This document shows positions 49,198 through 59,777 of a DNA stretch of 64,000 nucleotides, one piece after another. The notes under the pieces were generated by a model. That model did not search any database and was not told the DNA's origin. It saw only the letters and a list, made by a program, of their open reading frames with translations. The stretch comes from Squalus acanthias (taxonomy: Eukaryota): the NCBI GenBank assembly GCA_030390025.1, contig CM059431.1, positions 149,360,001 through 149,424,000 of the forward strand. The letters run 5' to 3'. Made by a program: the position numbers and the translations under genes. Positions within the stretch are counted from its first letter, which is position 1; every line of letters starts with the position of its first letter.

Positions 49198-52134
49198 ATG
49201 CAGTCAGAAACAAATGTTAGAAGGGTGAGAAACAATAGGGGAAGGCCGAGTAAACAAAGGCAAGAAACACAAAGGGCCATACTAAATCATAAGTCTAAAA
49301 GGACAAAGGATGTTAATAAAACAAGCCTAAAGGCTCTGTGTCTTAATGCAAGGAGTATCCGTAATAAGGTGGATGAATTGACTGTGCAAATAGATGTTAA
49401 CGGATACGATGTGATTGGGATTACAGAGACGTGGCTCCAGAACAATCAAGGCTGGGAACTGAACATCCAGGGGTATTCAACATTCAGAAAGGATAGAATA
49501 AAAGGAAAAGGGGGTGGGGTAGCATTGCTGGTTAAAGAGGAGATTAATGCAATAGCTAGGAAGGACATCAGCTTGGAGGATGTGGAATCAATATGGGTTG
49601 AGCTGCAGAACACCAAAGGGCAGAAAACGTTAGTGGGAGTTGTGTACAGACCTCCAAACAGCAGTAGTGAGGTGGGGGAGGGTATGAAACAGGAAATCAG
49701 AGGTGCGTGCAAAAAAGGCACGGCAGTTATTATGGGTGACTTTAATATGCATATAGATTGGGCTACTCAAACTGGAAGCAGTACGGTGGAGGAGGATTTC
49801 CTGGAGTGTTTAAGGGATGGTTTCCTAAACCAATATGTTGAGGAACCAACTCGAGGGGAGGCCATCCTGGACTGGGTGTTGTGTAATGAGGAGGGACTAA
49901 TCAGCAATCTTGTGGTACGAGGCCCCCTGGGGAAGAGTGACCATAGTATGGTGGAGTTCTACATTAGGATGGAGAAGGAAACAGTAAAGTCAGAGACCAT
50001 GGTCCAGAACTTAAATAAGGGCAACTTTGAGGGTATGAGGCGTGAATTGGCGAGGTTAAATTGGCAAGCGATATTTAAGGGGCTATCAGTGGAAGGGCAA
50101 TGGCAGACATTTAGAGATCGCATGGATGAACTACAACAATTGTACATCCCGGTCTGGCATAAAAATAAAAAAGGGAAGGTGGCTCAACCATGGCTAACAA
50201 GGGAAATCAGGGATAGTATTAAAACCAAGGAAGTTGCATACAAATTGGCCAGAAGTAGCAGCAAACCCGGGGACTGGGAGAACTTCAAAACTCAGCAGAG
50301 GAGGACGAAGGGTTTGATTAGGGCAGGGAAAATAAAATATGAAAGGAAGCTTGCAGAGAACATTTAAATGGACTGCAAAAGCTTCTATAAATATGTAAAA
50401 AGAAAGAGGTTAGTAAAAACAAACGTAGGTCCCCTGCAGTCGGAAACAGGGGAAGTCGTAATGGGGAACAAGGAAATGGCAGATCAATTGAACAAGTACT
50501 TTGGTTCGGTGTTTACTGTGGAGGACACACACAACCTGCCGGAAATAAAAGGGGTCAGAGGATCTGGTAAGAGGGAGGAGCTGAGGGAAATCCTTATTAG
50601 TCAGGAAAAGGTATTGGGGAAATTGATGGGACTGAAGGCTGAAAAATCCCCGGGGCCTGATGGTCTGCATCCCAGAGTACTTAAGGAGCTGGCCTTGGAA
50701 ATAGTGGATGCATTGACGATCATTTTCCAACATTCCTTAGACTCTGGATCAGTTCCGATGGAGTGGAGGGTGGCCAATGTAACCCCTCTTTTTAAAAAAG
50801 GAGGGAGGGAGAAAGCAGGGAATTATAGACCGGTCAGCCTGACATCGGTCGTGGGTAAAATGATGGAAGCAATTATTAAAGATGTCATAACAGACCATTT
50901 GGAAAGTGGCGACATGATAGGTCCAAGTCAGCATGGATTTGTGAAAGGGAAATCATGCTTGACAAATCTTCTGGAATTTTTTGAGGATGTTTCCAATAGG
51001 GTGGACAGGGGGGAACCAGTAGATGTGGTGTATTTGGACTTTCAGAAGGCCTTCGACAAGGTCCCACACAAGAGATTGGTGAGCAAAGTTAAAGCACATG
51101 GGATTGGGGGTAATGTGTTGACGTGGATTGAGAACTGGTTGGCACACAGGAAACAAAGAGTAGGAGTAAATGGGTACTTTTCAGAATGGCAGGCAGTGAC
51201 CAGCGGGGTACCGCAGGGTTCGGTGCTGGGACCCCAGCTGTTTACATTATATATTAATGATTTGGACGAAGGGATTAAATGTAATATCTCCAAATTTGCG
51301 GATGACACTAAATTGGGAGGCAGTGTGAACAATGAGGAGGATGCTAGGAGGCTACAGAGTGACTTGGACAGGTTGGGTGAATGGGCAAATGTATGGCAGA
51401 TGAAGTACAATGTGGATAAATGTGAGGTTATCCACTTTGGTGGTAAAAATAGAGAGGCAGACTATTACCTGAATGGTGGCAGATTAGGGAAAGGGGAGGT
51501 GCAACGAGACCTGGGCGTCATGGTACATCAGTCACTGAAGGTGGGAATGCAAGTGCAGCAGGCAGTCAAGAAAGCAAACGGAATGATGGCCTTCATAGCA
51601 AGGGGATTTGAGTACAGGAGTAGGGAGGTGATGCTACAGTTGTACAGGGCCTTGGTGAGGCCACACCTGGAGTATTGTGCGCAGTTTTGGTCTCCTAACT
51701 TAAGGAAGGACATTCTTGCTATTGAGGGAGTGCAGCGAAGGTTCACTAGAATGATTCCTGGGATGGCCAGACTGACATATCAAGAAAGATTGGGTCAACT
51801 GAACTTGTATCCTCTGGAGTTCAGAAGAATGAGGGGGGATCTTATAGAGACATTTAAAATCCTGACTGGTTTAGACAAATTAGATGCGGGCAGAATGTTC
51901 CCAATGGTAGGGGAAACTAGAACCAGGGGTCACAGTCTAAGGATTAAGGGGAAGCCATTTAGGACTGAGCTGAGGAGGAACTTCTTCACCCAGAGAGTGG
52001 TGAATCTATGGAATTCTCTTCCACAGAAGGTTGTTGAGGCCAGTTCGCTAAATATATTCAAAAGGGAGTTAGATATAACACTCACAACTAAGGGGATCAA
52101 GGGGTATGGCGAGAAAGCAGGAATGGGGTACTGA
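49198..52134 (+). pseudogene. CR1 ORF2 (APE endonuclease plus RT) with one in-frame TAA at 50365-50367
   Basis: LNARS, ITETW, YRPP, MGDFN, SDH; QGSVLGP, FADD. Both halves are in the same frame. Confidence 0.93.
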
Positions 52135-52539
52135 GGTAGCATGTTCAGCCATGAACGCATTGAATGGCGGTGCAAGATCGAAGGACCGAATGGTCTATTC
52201 CTGTACCTATTTTCTATGTTTCTATGTTTCTATGAAAGATTGGATAGGATGGGGCTGTTACTTTGGAACAGAGGAGGCTGAGCGGAGATTTAATTAAGCA
52301 GTATAAATTTATGAGCGACCTCGATAGAGTGGATAGACAGCATCAATTTCTCTTAGCCGTGCGGTCAATAACCAGCGGGCATAGAGTAAAATGTAATTGT
52401 TAGAAGGATTAGAGGGGAGATGAGGTGATTTTTTTTCAACAAGGGTGCGGATCTGGAAAGTGGGATTAGGCTGGATCGCTTTTTCAATCGGCGCACACAC
52501 GATGGGCCTAATGGACTACTTCTGTGCAGGAAAATTTCT

Positions 52540-53335
52540 ATGATTCTATGTTTCTGTTTTTCTAACCTTCCCGGCTCTAAAATGAATAATCCCTGCTTCG
52601 CCAGTTTCTCCACCTAACTGACGTCACAGATCGCTGGAACCTTTCTGGTAAATCCCAACACCTTCTCTAATCATTGACATGCTTCCCAAAGTTTGGCGCC
52701 CAGAATTGGACACAATGCTCCAGCTGGGGCTTAACCAGTGATTTATGAAATGTTAGCATTTTTTCCTGGATTTTGTTACATTGTGTCTCTGTTTTAAACC
52801 CAAGGAATCAGTATGTTCTTTTATTTGCCGTTGCAACTTGTCCTGCCACCCTCACCAATTTGTGTAAGTACAGCCCAGGTCACACAGATCGTACACCGGC
52901 TTTAAAATTGAACCATTTAATTTAAATTGCCTCTGCTCATACCTCCTACCAAAATGTTACAATTCACTCTTCTCTGTATTAAATTGTATCTTCCATGTAT
53001 CGGCCCATCTCTTCAGTCTGTCTGTGTCCTCCTCAAGACTGTTGCTACCCTTCTGATTGTTTATTAAGATTGCTGACATCAGCAAACGATTAAATTATGC
53101 GTTGAATACCCATGTCTATGGCATTGATGTACATGGAAAGAGCAATGCCCCCAACAAGGACAGCTGGTGAACACCACTGAATACTTCCAACCAGTCTGAA
53201 CAACAACCGTTAACCACTACTCTCTGCTTTCTGTCTCTTAGCCAAAATCCGAGCCATGTTGCCACTGCCACTTCAATCACTTGGACTTCAATTTTGTTTT
53301 CATGTGATACTTCATCAAAAACCTTTTGAAAGGAT
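52540..53335 (-). mobile_element. Old CR1 fragment
   Basis: FQKVFDEVSH and WLRDRKQRVVVNG motifs. Confidence 0.8.
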
Positions 53336-53636
53336 AGCGAAATTGGGAAAGTGTGGGCAAGTAGAATCATAGAATTGGTGAGACAAGATGTGTTGACGCC
53401 CCGCTCTGATCACAGGCCTCATTCCCATTTTATTATTGAAATTCATTTATTCTCAGGGTATTGTAAAGCTTTCAAGGCAGGTATTACTTGCCCTTTCCTA
53501 GAAACCCATGAGAAAATGGTGGACTTTCTTCTTGAACCGCTGCAGTCCGTGTGGTGAAGGTTCTCCCACAAAACGGTTACGGAAGGAATTTTAGGCTTTT
53601 GATGCTGTGACTATAAAGGAATGGCGATATGTTTGA

Positions 53637-54045
53637 AGGGTACGGTAGCATAGTGGTTATGCTGCTGGACTAGTAAACCAGATACCTGGACAGATGATCC
53701 AAAGTCCACCAGCTGGGGAATTTAAATTAAATTAATTAAACAATTCAGTTTGAAAAAGTGAGTGTCGATAATGGTGAGCATGACACTACCAGATTGTCGT
53801 AAAACCAATCTGGTTCACTGATGTCCTTCCCGGAAGAAAATCTGCTGTCCTTACCCATTCTTGACGAAATGTGCTCCAGACCCAAATCAATGTGCTTGAG
53901 TATTAACAGCTCCTCTGAAATGGCCTAGCAAGCCTCTCAGTTGTATACGCTGGCTCATCATAACATTCTCAATGGCAGTTAGGGAAGGGAAATAAATGCT
54001 GGCCTTGCCAGCGACGCCCACACCCAAGAATGATTTTTATTTTAA
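53637..54045 (+). mobile_element. tRNA-derived SINE, same family as 22572-22950
   Basis: GGTAGCATAGTGGTTATG head, CTGGTTCACTGATGTCC body and ATAAATGCTGGCCTTGCCAGCGACGCCCAC tail. Confidence 0.85.
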
Positions 54046-54289
54046 GTGCATTACTGGATGCTGTGTGAGTTGAAGGGAGTAATTGGAGGTGGTGCTCGTT
54101 TGAGCTACAGTCTGGCCGAATTCTGCTCCCTCGCCTGTGCCTCCTCCACCTGATGCCAGTTGTAGGAATCCAGCTGCAGCCCTGCGGGTGAAAGGTACTT
54201 ACGGTAATATACTAAACAGAAACAATCTAACGTTTGGCATTTTCGGGATACAAGTCCTTTACTGGACACTTGTAAATGATTTGGGGCTG

Positions 54290-54425
54290 AACACGAGAGG
54301 AGAATTTTATAATCGAGGCATTGCCGAACCGGTAGACAATGTAAGTCAGCGAGCAGAGGGGTGATGTTTGAACGGGACTTGGTCCGAGTTAGGACAGGGA
54401 CAGCAGAGCTTTGGATCAGAAAGAA
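54290..54425 (-). mobile_element. L2 LINE fragment
   Basis: LIQSSA..VLTRTKSRSNITPLLADLHCLPVRQCLDYKILL. Confidence 0.8.
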
Positions 54426-54664
54426 ATGATTGGTATTTATGTTAGATATAACCTTATATCTCTGCACGCCTGGAGCTTCTGTCACGGAAGATAACAAATA
54501 ACTCTGAATGGGATCAAGCTGAAACTTTGAGAGGCAAAGTCTAAGCCGAATTCCTCAGCATGCTGTGACATTTGATATGTGCCGATGTCGGAAGACAAGG
54601 GCCGAGATATTCGTCTCGGGCGGTGCCGCTAAATGTGTGGTGGCGCTAAACGGGCGGTATTCGA

Positions 54665-56092
54665 TCATAACAACATAAGAATTAGGAGCAGCGGTAGACC
54701 GTTTGGCCCTTCAAGCCTGCTCCGCCATCAAGTTTGATCATGGCTGATCTTGTACCTCATCTCCACTTTCCTGCACTATCCCCATAATCCTTGATTCCCT
54801 TAATATTCAAAAATCTATCGAACTCTGTCTCGAATATACTCAACGACTGAGCCTCCACAGCCCTCTGCGGTAGAGAATTCCAAAGATTCACCACCCTCTG
54901 AGTGAATAAATGTCTCCTCATCTCAGTCCTAATTGGCCGACCCCTTATTCTGAGACTGTGACCCCTGGGTCTAGGTCCCCGAGCCAGGGGAAATATCCTC
55001 TGTGCATCTACCCTGTCAAACACTTTAAGAATTGTGTATGTTTCAATGAGATCACCTGTCATTCTTCTAAACTCTAGAGAATATAGGCGTAGTTTACTCA
55101 ATCGCTCCTCATAGGTCAATCCCCAATCCCAGGAACCAGTGTGGTGAACCTTCTTTGAACTACATCAATGACAAGTATATCCTTCATTAGTTAAGAAGAC
55201 CAAAACTGCACACAGCATTCCAGGTATGGTCTCGCCAGGGCTCTATATTTGCAGTATGACGTCTTTACTCGTATACAGGAATCCTCTTGTAATAAATGCC
55301 AAAATACCATTTGCTTTCCTAATTGCTTCCTGTACCTGCATGTTAACTTTCAGTGATTCGTGTACGAGGACACCCAAATTCCCAATGAACAGCAACACTT
55401 CCCAATCTCTCACCATTTGAAAAATGCTCTGCATTTCTATTTTTCCTACCAAAATTGATAACATCATATTTCTCCATGTTGTAGATCATTTGCCATGTTC
55501 TTGCACACTCACTTAGCCTATCTATATCCCCTTGAAGCCTTTTTGCATCCTCTTCACAACTTACATTCCCACCCAGCTTTGAATCACCAGCAAACTTGGA
55601 TATATTACATTTGGTCCCCTCTTCCAAATCATTGACGCAGATTGTGAATAGCTGAGGCCCAAGCAGTATTCCTTGCGGTTCCCCACTAGTTGCAGCCTGC
55701 CAACAGGAAAATGACCCATTTATTCTTACTCTTTGATTTCTGTCCGTTAACCAATCCTAAATTCATGTTAGTATATTATCCCCAATCCTAAATTTGTTTA
55801 AAAATTTCTTGTGTGGCACTTTATCGAATGCCTTCTGAAGATCCAAATACACCACATCCATGATCCCCTTGTCTATACCGCTAGTTACAATCTCAAGATC
55901 TGTCAAACACAATTTCAATGTTATAAATCCGTGTTGACGCTGCCCAATTCTGTTACAATTTTCTAAGTGCCCTGTTATGAAGTCCTTAAAAATAGATTCA
56001 AGCATTTCCCTAATACTGATGTCAGGCTAACTGGTCCGTGGTTCCCGTTTTCTCTCTCCCTCCATTCTTAAATAGTGGGGTTACATTTGTTA
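54665..56092 (-). mobile_element. CR1 3' half
   Basis: Tail at 54665; YSLEFRRM.GDLIETY, CNISKFA and VYLD.QKAFDKVPH motifs. Confidence 0.92.
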
Positions 56093-56339
56093 CCTGCGTT
56101 ACACGCAGCTCCTTATATTCAGTTCCACCGCAGTCAATGAAGGATTTCTAGGCGAAGGTCTTCAATTCTTAACACTAATATTCCAGCAAAGGTGTCTCCG
56201 TAGCTCTTTGAAGCCACTTCTGTGTCAAAGAACTAGTCTCTGTAATCCTGCAACATCAGCACCACTGTGGTCCCAAACCGCATGGTTCCCTGTTTAAAAA
56301 AAACAATATCCATTCCGGCTCTTCTTAACATTCAATGAG

Positions 56340-58065
56340 CTTCTAGACAAAAGGGAGGAGTCACAGCCAGTGACACAGAAACATTGATAATGGCTTTTTA
56401 AAGAGACTACCAGTAAAACAGGTTTTCTAAAGAGCCAAGCCAGTCAGGCTTTTTGAAGAGAGAGGACCAGAGACACAGGCTTTTTAAAGGGACAGAACAC
56501 TTCACACAGGCTTTGTAAAGAGACAAGATCAGTCACACGGACGCTTTAAGGAGACAGGACCAGTCACATAGCCTTTTTAAAGAGAGAGGAGCAGTCACAC
56601 TTGCTTTTAAAAGAGACTGGAGCTGTCAATCAAGAATTTTTAAGAGAAAAGACCAGTCACACAGGCTTTTTAAATAGACTGGACCTGTCACTCAAGAATT
56701 TTAACAGAAAAGTCCAATCACACATGGTTTTTAAAGAGAAAGAACCGGTGACACAGGCTTTCATAGAATCATAGAATAGTTACAGCAGGGATGAAGAACA
56801 TTCGGCCCGTCGAGCCCACGTCGGCTCTGTGCAAGACCACGTCAGCTAGTCCACTCCCCTGCTGTTTCCCCCTGCATTGTTTTCATCCAGGTACTTATCT
56901 AACTCTCTTTTGAAAGCCTTGATTACTACGCCTGCACCCCCATTTTAGGCAGTGCTTTCCAGATCCTAACCACTTGCTGTGTAAAAAGTTTTTTTTCCTG
57001 ATGTCGCCTTTGGTTCTTTTGCCAATCACCTTAATTCTGTATCCTCTGGTCCTCGACCCATCTGCCAATGGGAACAGTTTCTCCTTATCTGTTCTGTCCA
57101 GACCCATCATGTTTTGAACACCGCTATCAAATCTCCTCTCAAACGTTTCTGCTTCAAGGAGAACAACGCCAGGTTCTCCAAACTATCTACGTACCTGAAG
57201 TCCCCCATCCCTGGAATCATTCTCGTAAATCTTTCCTGCACTCTCTAAAAAGGTCTTCACATCCATCCTGAAGTGCGGTGCCAAGAATTGAACACAATAC
57301 TCCAGTTGAGGCCAAACCAGTGTTTTATAATGGTTCATCACAATTTCCACGCTTTTGTACTCTATACCTCTATTCATGAATCACAGGATCCTGTAAGCTT
57401 TTTTAACTGCTTTCTCAAACAGCCCTGCCAACTTCAATGATTTGTGCACATATACCCCGCTGGTATCTCTGTTCATTCACAACCTTTAGGATTGTATGCT
57501 TTCGTTTATATTTCCTCTCCTCACTGTTTCTACCAAGATGTATCACTTCCCTTTTTTCTGCGTTAAATTTCATCTGTCACGTGTCAGCCCATTCCACGAG
57601 CATGTCTATTTACTCTAGAATTCTATCGCTATACTACTTACTGTTTACTATATTATTAAAGACACAGGACCAGTCACAGAGATTTTTTAAAGAGACATAA
57701 TCAGCCTTACAGGCTATTAAACAGACATAACCAGTCACACAGATGTTTAAAGTTCCAGGGTAGTCACACAGGTTCTATACAGAGACAAAACCATTCGCAG
57801 AGGCCTTTTAAAGTGAAAGGAACACTCACAAAGGCATTTTCAAGGAACATGATCAGACACACAGGCTTTTTAAAGAGACAGGACCAGACACACAGGCTTT
57901 TTAAAGAGACAGGAACAGTCACATGGCTTTTGAAAGAGACATGGCCTGTCACGCAGGCTTTTTAAACAGACAAGACCAGTCACCGAGGCTTTTTGAACAG
58001 ACATGGCCAATGTCACAGGTTTTTAAATGAGAAATGACCAGTCACACAGGCTTTTCAAAGAGAAA
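56340..58065. repeat. 31 bp minisatellite split by a CR1 insertion
   Basis: ACACAGGCTTTTTAAAGAGACAGGACCAGTC units at 56340-56761 and 57655-58065. Confidence 0.9.
56762..57655 (-). mobile_element. CR1 3' fragment
   Basis: CATAGAATCATAGAAT tail; GIEYKS..YKTLV.PQLEYCVQF.APHFR motif. Confidence 0.9.
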
Positions 58066-58082
58066 AAATAGTATCAGCAAAA

Positions 58083-58149
58083 GGGCCTAGAAATTCCTTC
58101 TCTGGCGATTGCACAAAACACATGTTTTTTTATCGGAAATTCTAGGCCC
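58083..58149. mobile_element. 67 bp MITE-like remnant with 15 bp terminal inverted repeats
   Basis: GGGCCTAGAAATTCC ... GGAAATTCTAGGCCC (one mismatch). Confidence 0.6.
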
Positions 58150-58269
58150 CCATAGCTGTCCTTACAGATTATTAGATCATTAATGTTCGTTCACAAAATC
58201 TAATCTGGTCCTGAATATGACCCCTTACAATCTGCTTATTTTGCAGACTATTAATTTTAATATGTTTAG

Positions 58270-58725
58270 TTCATGGAAAGTGGGTAATGCTGGCAACACC
58301 AGCCAATCCCTAATTGTCCTTGAGAAGGTGGTGCTGAAACAATACCTTGAACCGCTGCAGTCCTTGTGGTGAAGATACTGCCCAGTCTCTGACTTTTGTA
58401 CAACTGAGTGTCTTGCTAGGCCATGTCAGAGTGCAGTTAAGATTCAACCGCATATGGGCAGCCCAAGTAAGGATGGCAGGTTTCCATCCTTAAAGAACGT
58501 TATCGAACCATTTGGGTTTTTCCTGACAATCCTGTAGTTTCATGATCTGCATTACTGATACTAGATTTTTTATTCCAAATGTATTTAATTAACTGAATTT
58601 AAATTCCCCTGCTGTCGAAGTGCGATTGAACTCAAGTCTCATAGTTTATTAGTCCAGGTCTCTGGATTACTAAGATAGCAAAATACTGCAGATGCTGGAA
58701 ATCCGAAAACATAACTACCATGCTG
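58270..58725 (-). mobile_element. tRNA-derived SINE, reverse copy
   Basis: Reverse complement of the 53637-54045 family. Confidence 0.8.
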
Positions 58726-59267
58726 ATGTACTCGGTGTCTACAAATAGTACCCCATAACACTATTGACTTCTCGGTGTTGGAGATGCTTTGGGGATTCAG
58801 GAGGTGAGTTACTCAACGCAGAATACCCAGCCTCTGACCTGCTGTAGTAGCCGTGGCATTTATGTGGCTGGTCCAGTTGATTTTCTGATCAATGGCTGCC
58901 CCTCGGGATTTGATGTTGGAGGATTCGGTGATTGCAATGCCAATGACTGTCAAGTTTAGATTATGTCTTGTTGGAGGTTGTCATCGTCTGGCGCTTGTGT
59001 GGAGAGAAGGTATCATGAATTACACCAGGGATGAGGGATTTCAGTTATGTGGAGAGACTGGAGAAGCAGGGATTCTTCGCCGTGGAGCAAAGAAGTCTAG
59101 GGGGAGATTGAATAGAAGTGCTCAAAATGTTGAGGGTTTTTAAAGAATAATTAAGGAGAAACTGTTTCCACTGACTGTCTTGTCATTAGCAAAAGGACGA
59201 ACCTTGATCGCGCAATAAGATAATCTGGAATGAACTCTCTGAAAGGTTGGTGGAAGCAGATTCAATC

Positions 59268-59777
59268 GGTTCAGTGGGTAGCAAACTCACCACTAAATCA
59301 TAAGGTTATGGTTTCAAGTCCCTTTCCAGCGACGTGAGTCCAAAAATCTAGTCTCAAACTCTCGTGCAGTACTTAGGAAGCACTGTACTCTCAGAGGGGC
59401 CGCACGAAGGGTGCGCTGAACTGACAGAGGCTCAGTACTGAGAGACCAATGCACTGTCGGAGGGGCAGTTCTGAGCGAGCGCTGCACTGTCGGAGGGGCA
59501 ACTCTGAGCGAGCGCTGCACTGTCGGAGGGGCAGTACTGACCGAGCGCTGCACTGTCGCAGGGGCGTTACTGAGCGAGCGCCTGCACTGTCGCAGGGGCG
59601 TTACTGAGGGAGTACTGTGTTGTCGGAGGGGTCGTCATTCGGATGCGACTTTAAACCAAAGCCATGTCTGCTCTCTTAAGTGGATGTATAAGATCCCAGG
59701 GCAACATATGAAGAAGAGCAGTGGAGTTATCCCCAGTGTTCTGGCCAATATTTATCTCAATCAACATCACTAAAACA
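59268..59777 (+). mobile_element. Deu-domain tRNA SINE (SacSINE1-like), 5' part, with expanded ~33 bp internal repeats
   Basis: GGTTCAGTGGGTAGC head, GTTTCAAGTCCC B box and GTACTGAGnGAGCGCTGCACTGTCGGAGGGGCA repeats; continues at 62853. Confidence 0.8.

Larger units (their letters stand above)
47462..52233 (+). mobile_element. Near-intact full-length CR1 LINE
   Basis: Three 5' monomers, ORF1, ORF2, 3' UTR and (TTTCTATG)n tail; GAAAG is duplicated at 47457 and 52234, and the host CR1 rejoins across the insertion. Confidence 0.95.

Noticed and set aside
58672..58710. AAAATACTGCAGATGCTGGAAATCCGAAA, a possible Penelope tail inserted in the SINE
   Set aside because: Too short to call with confidence.
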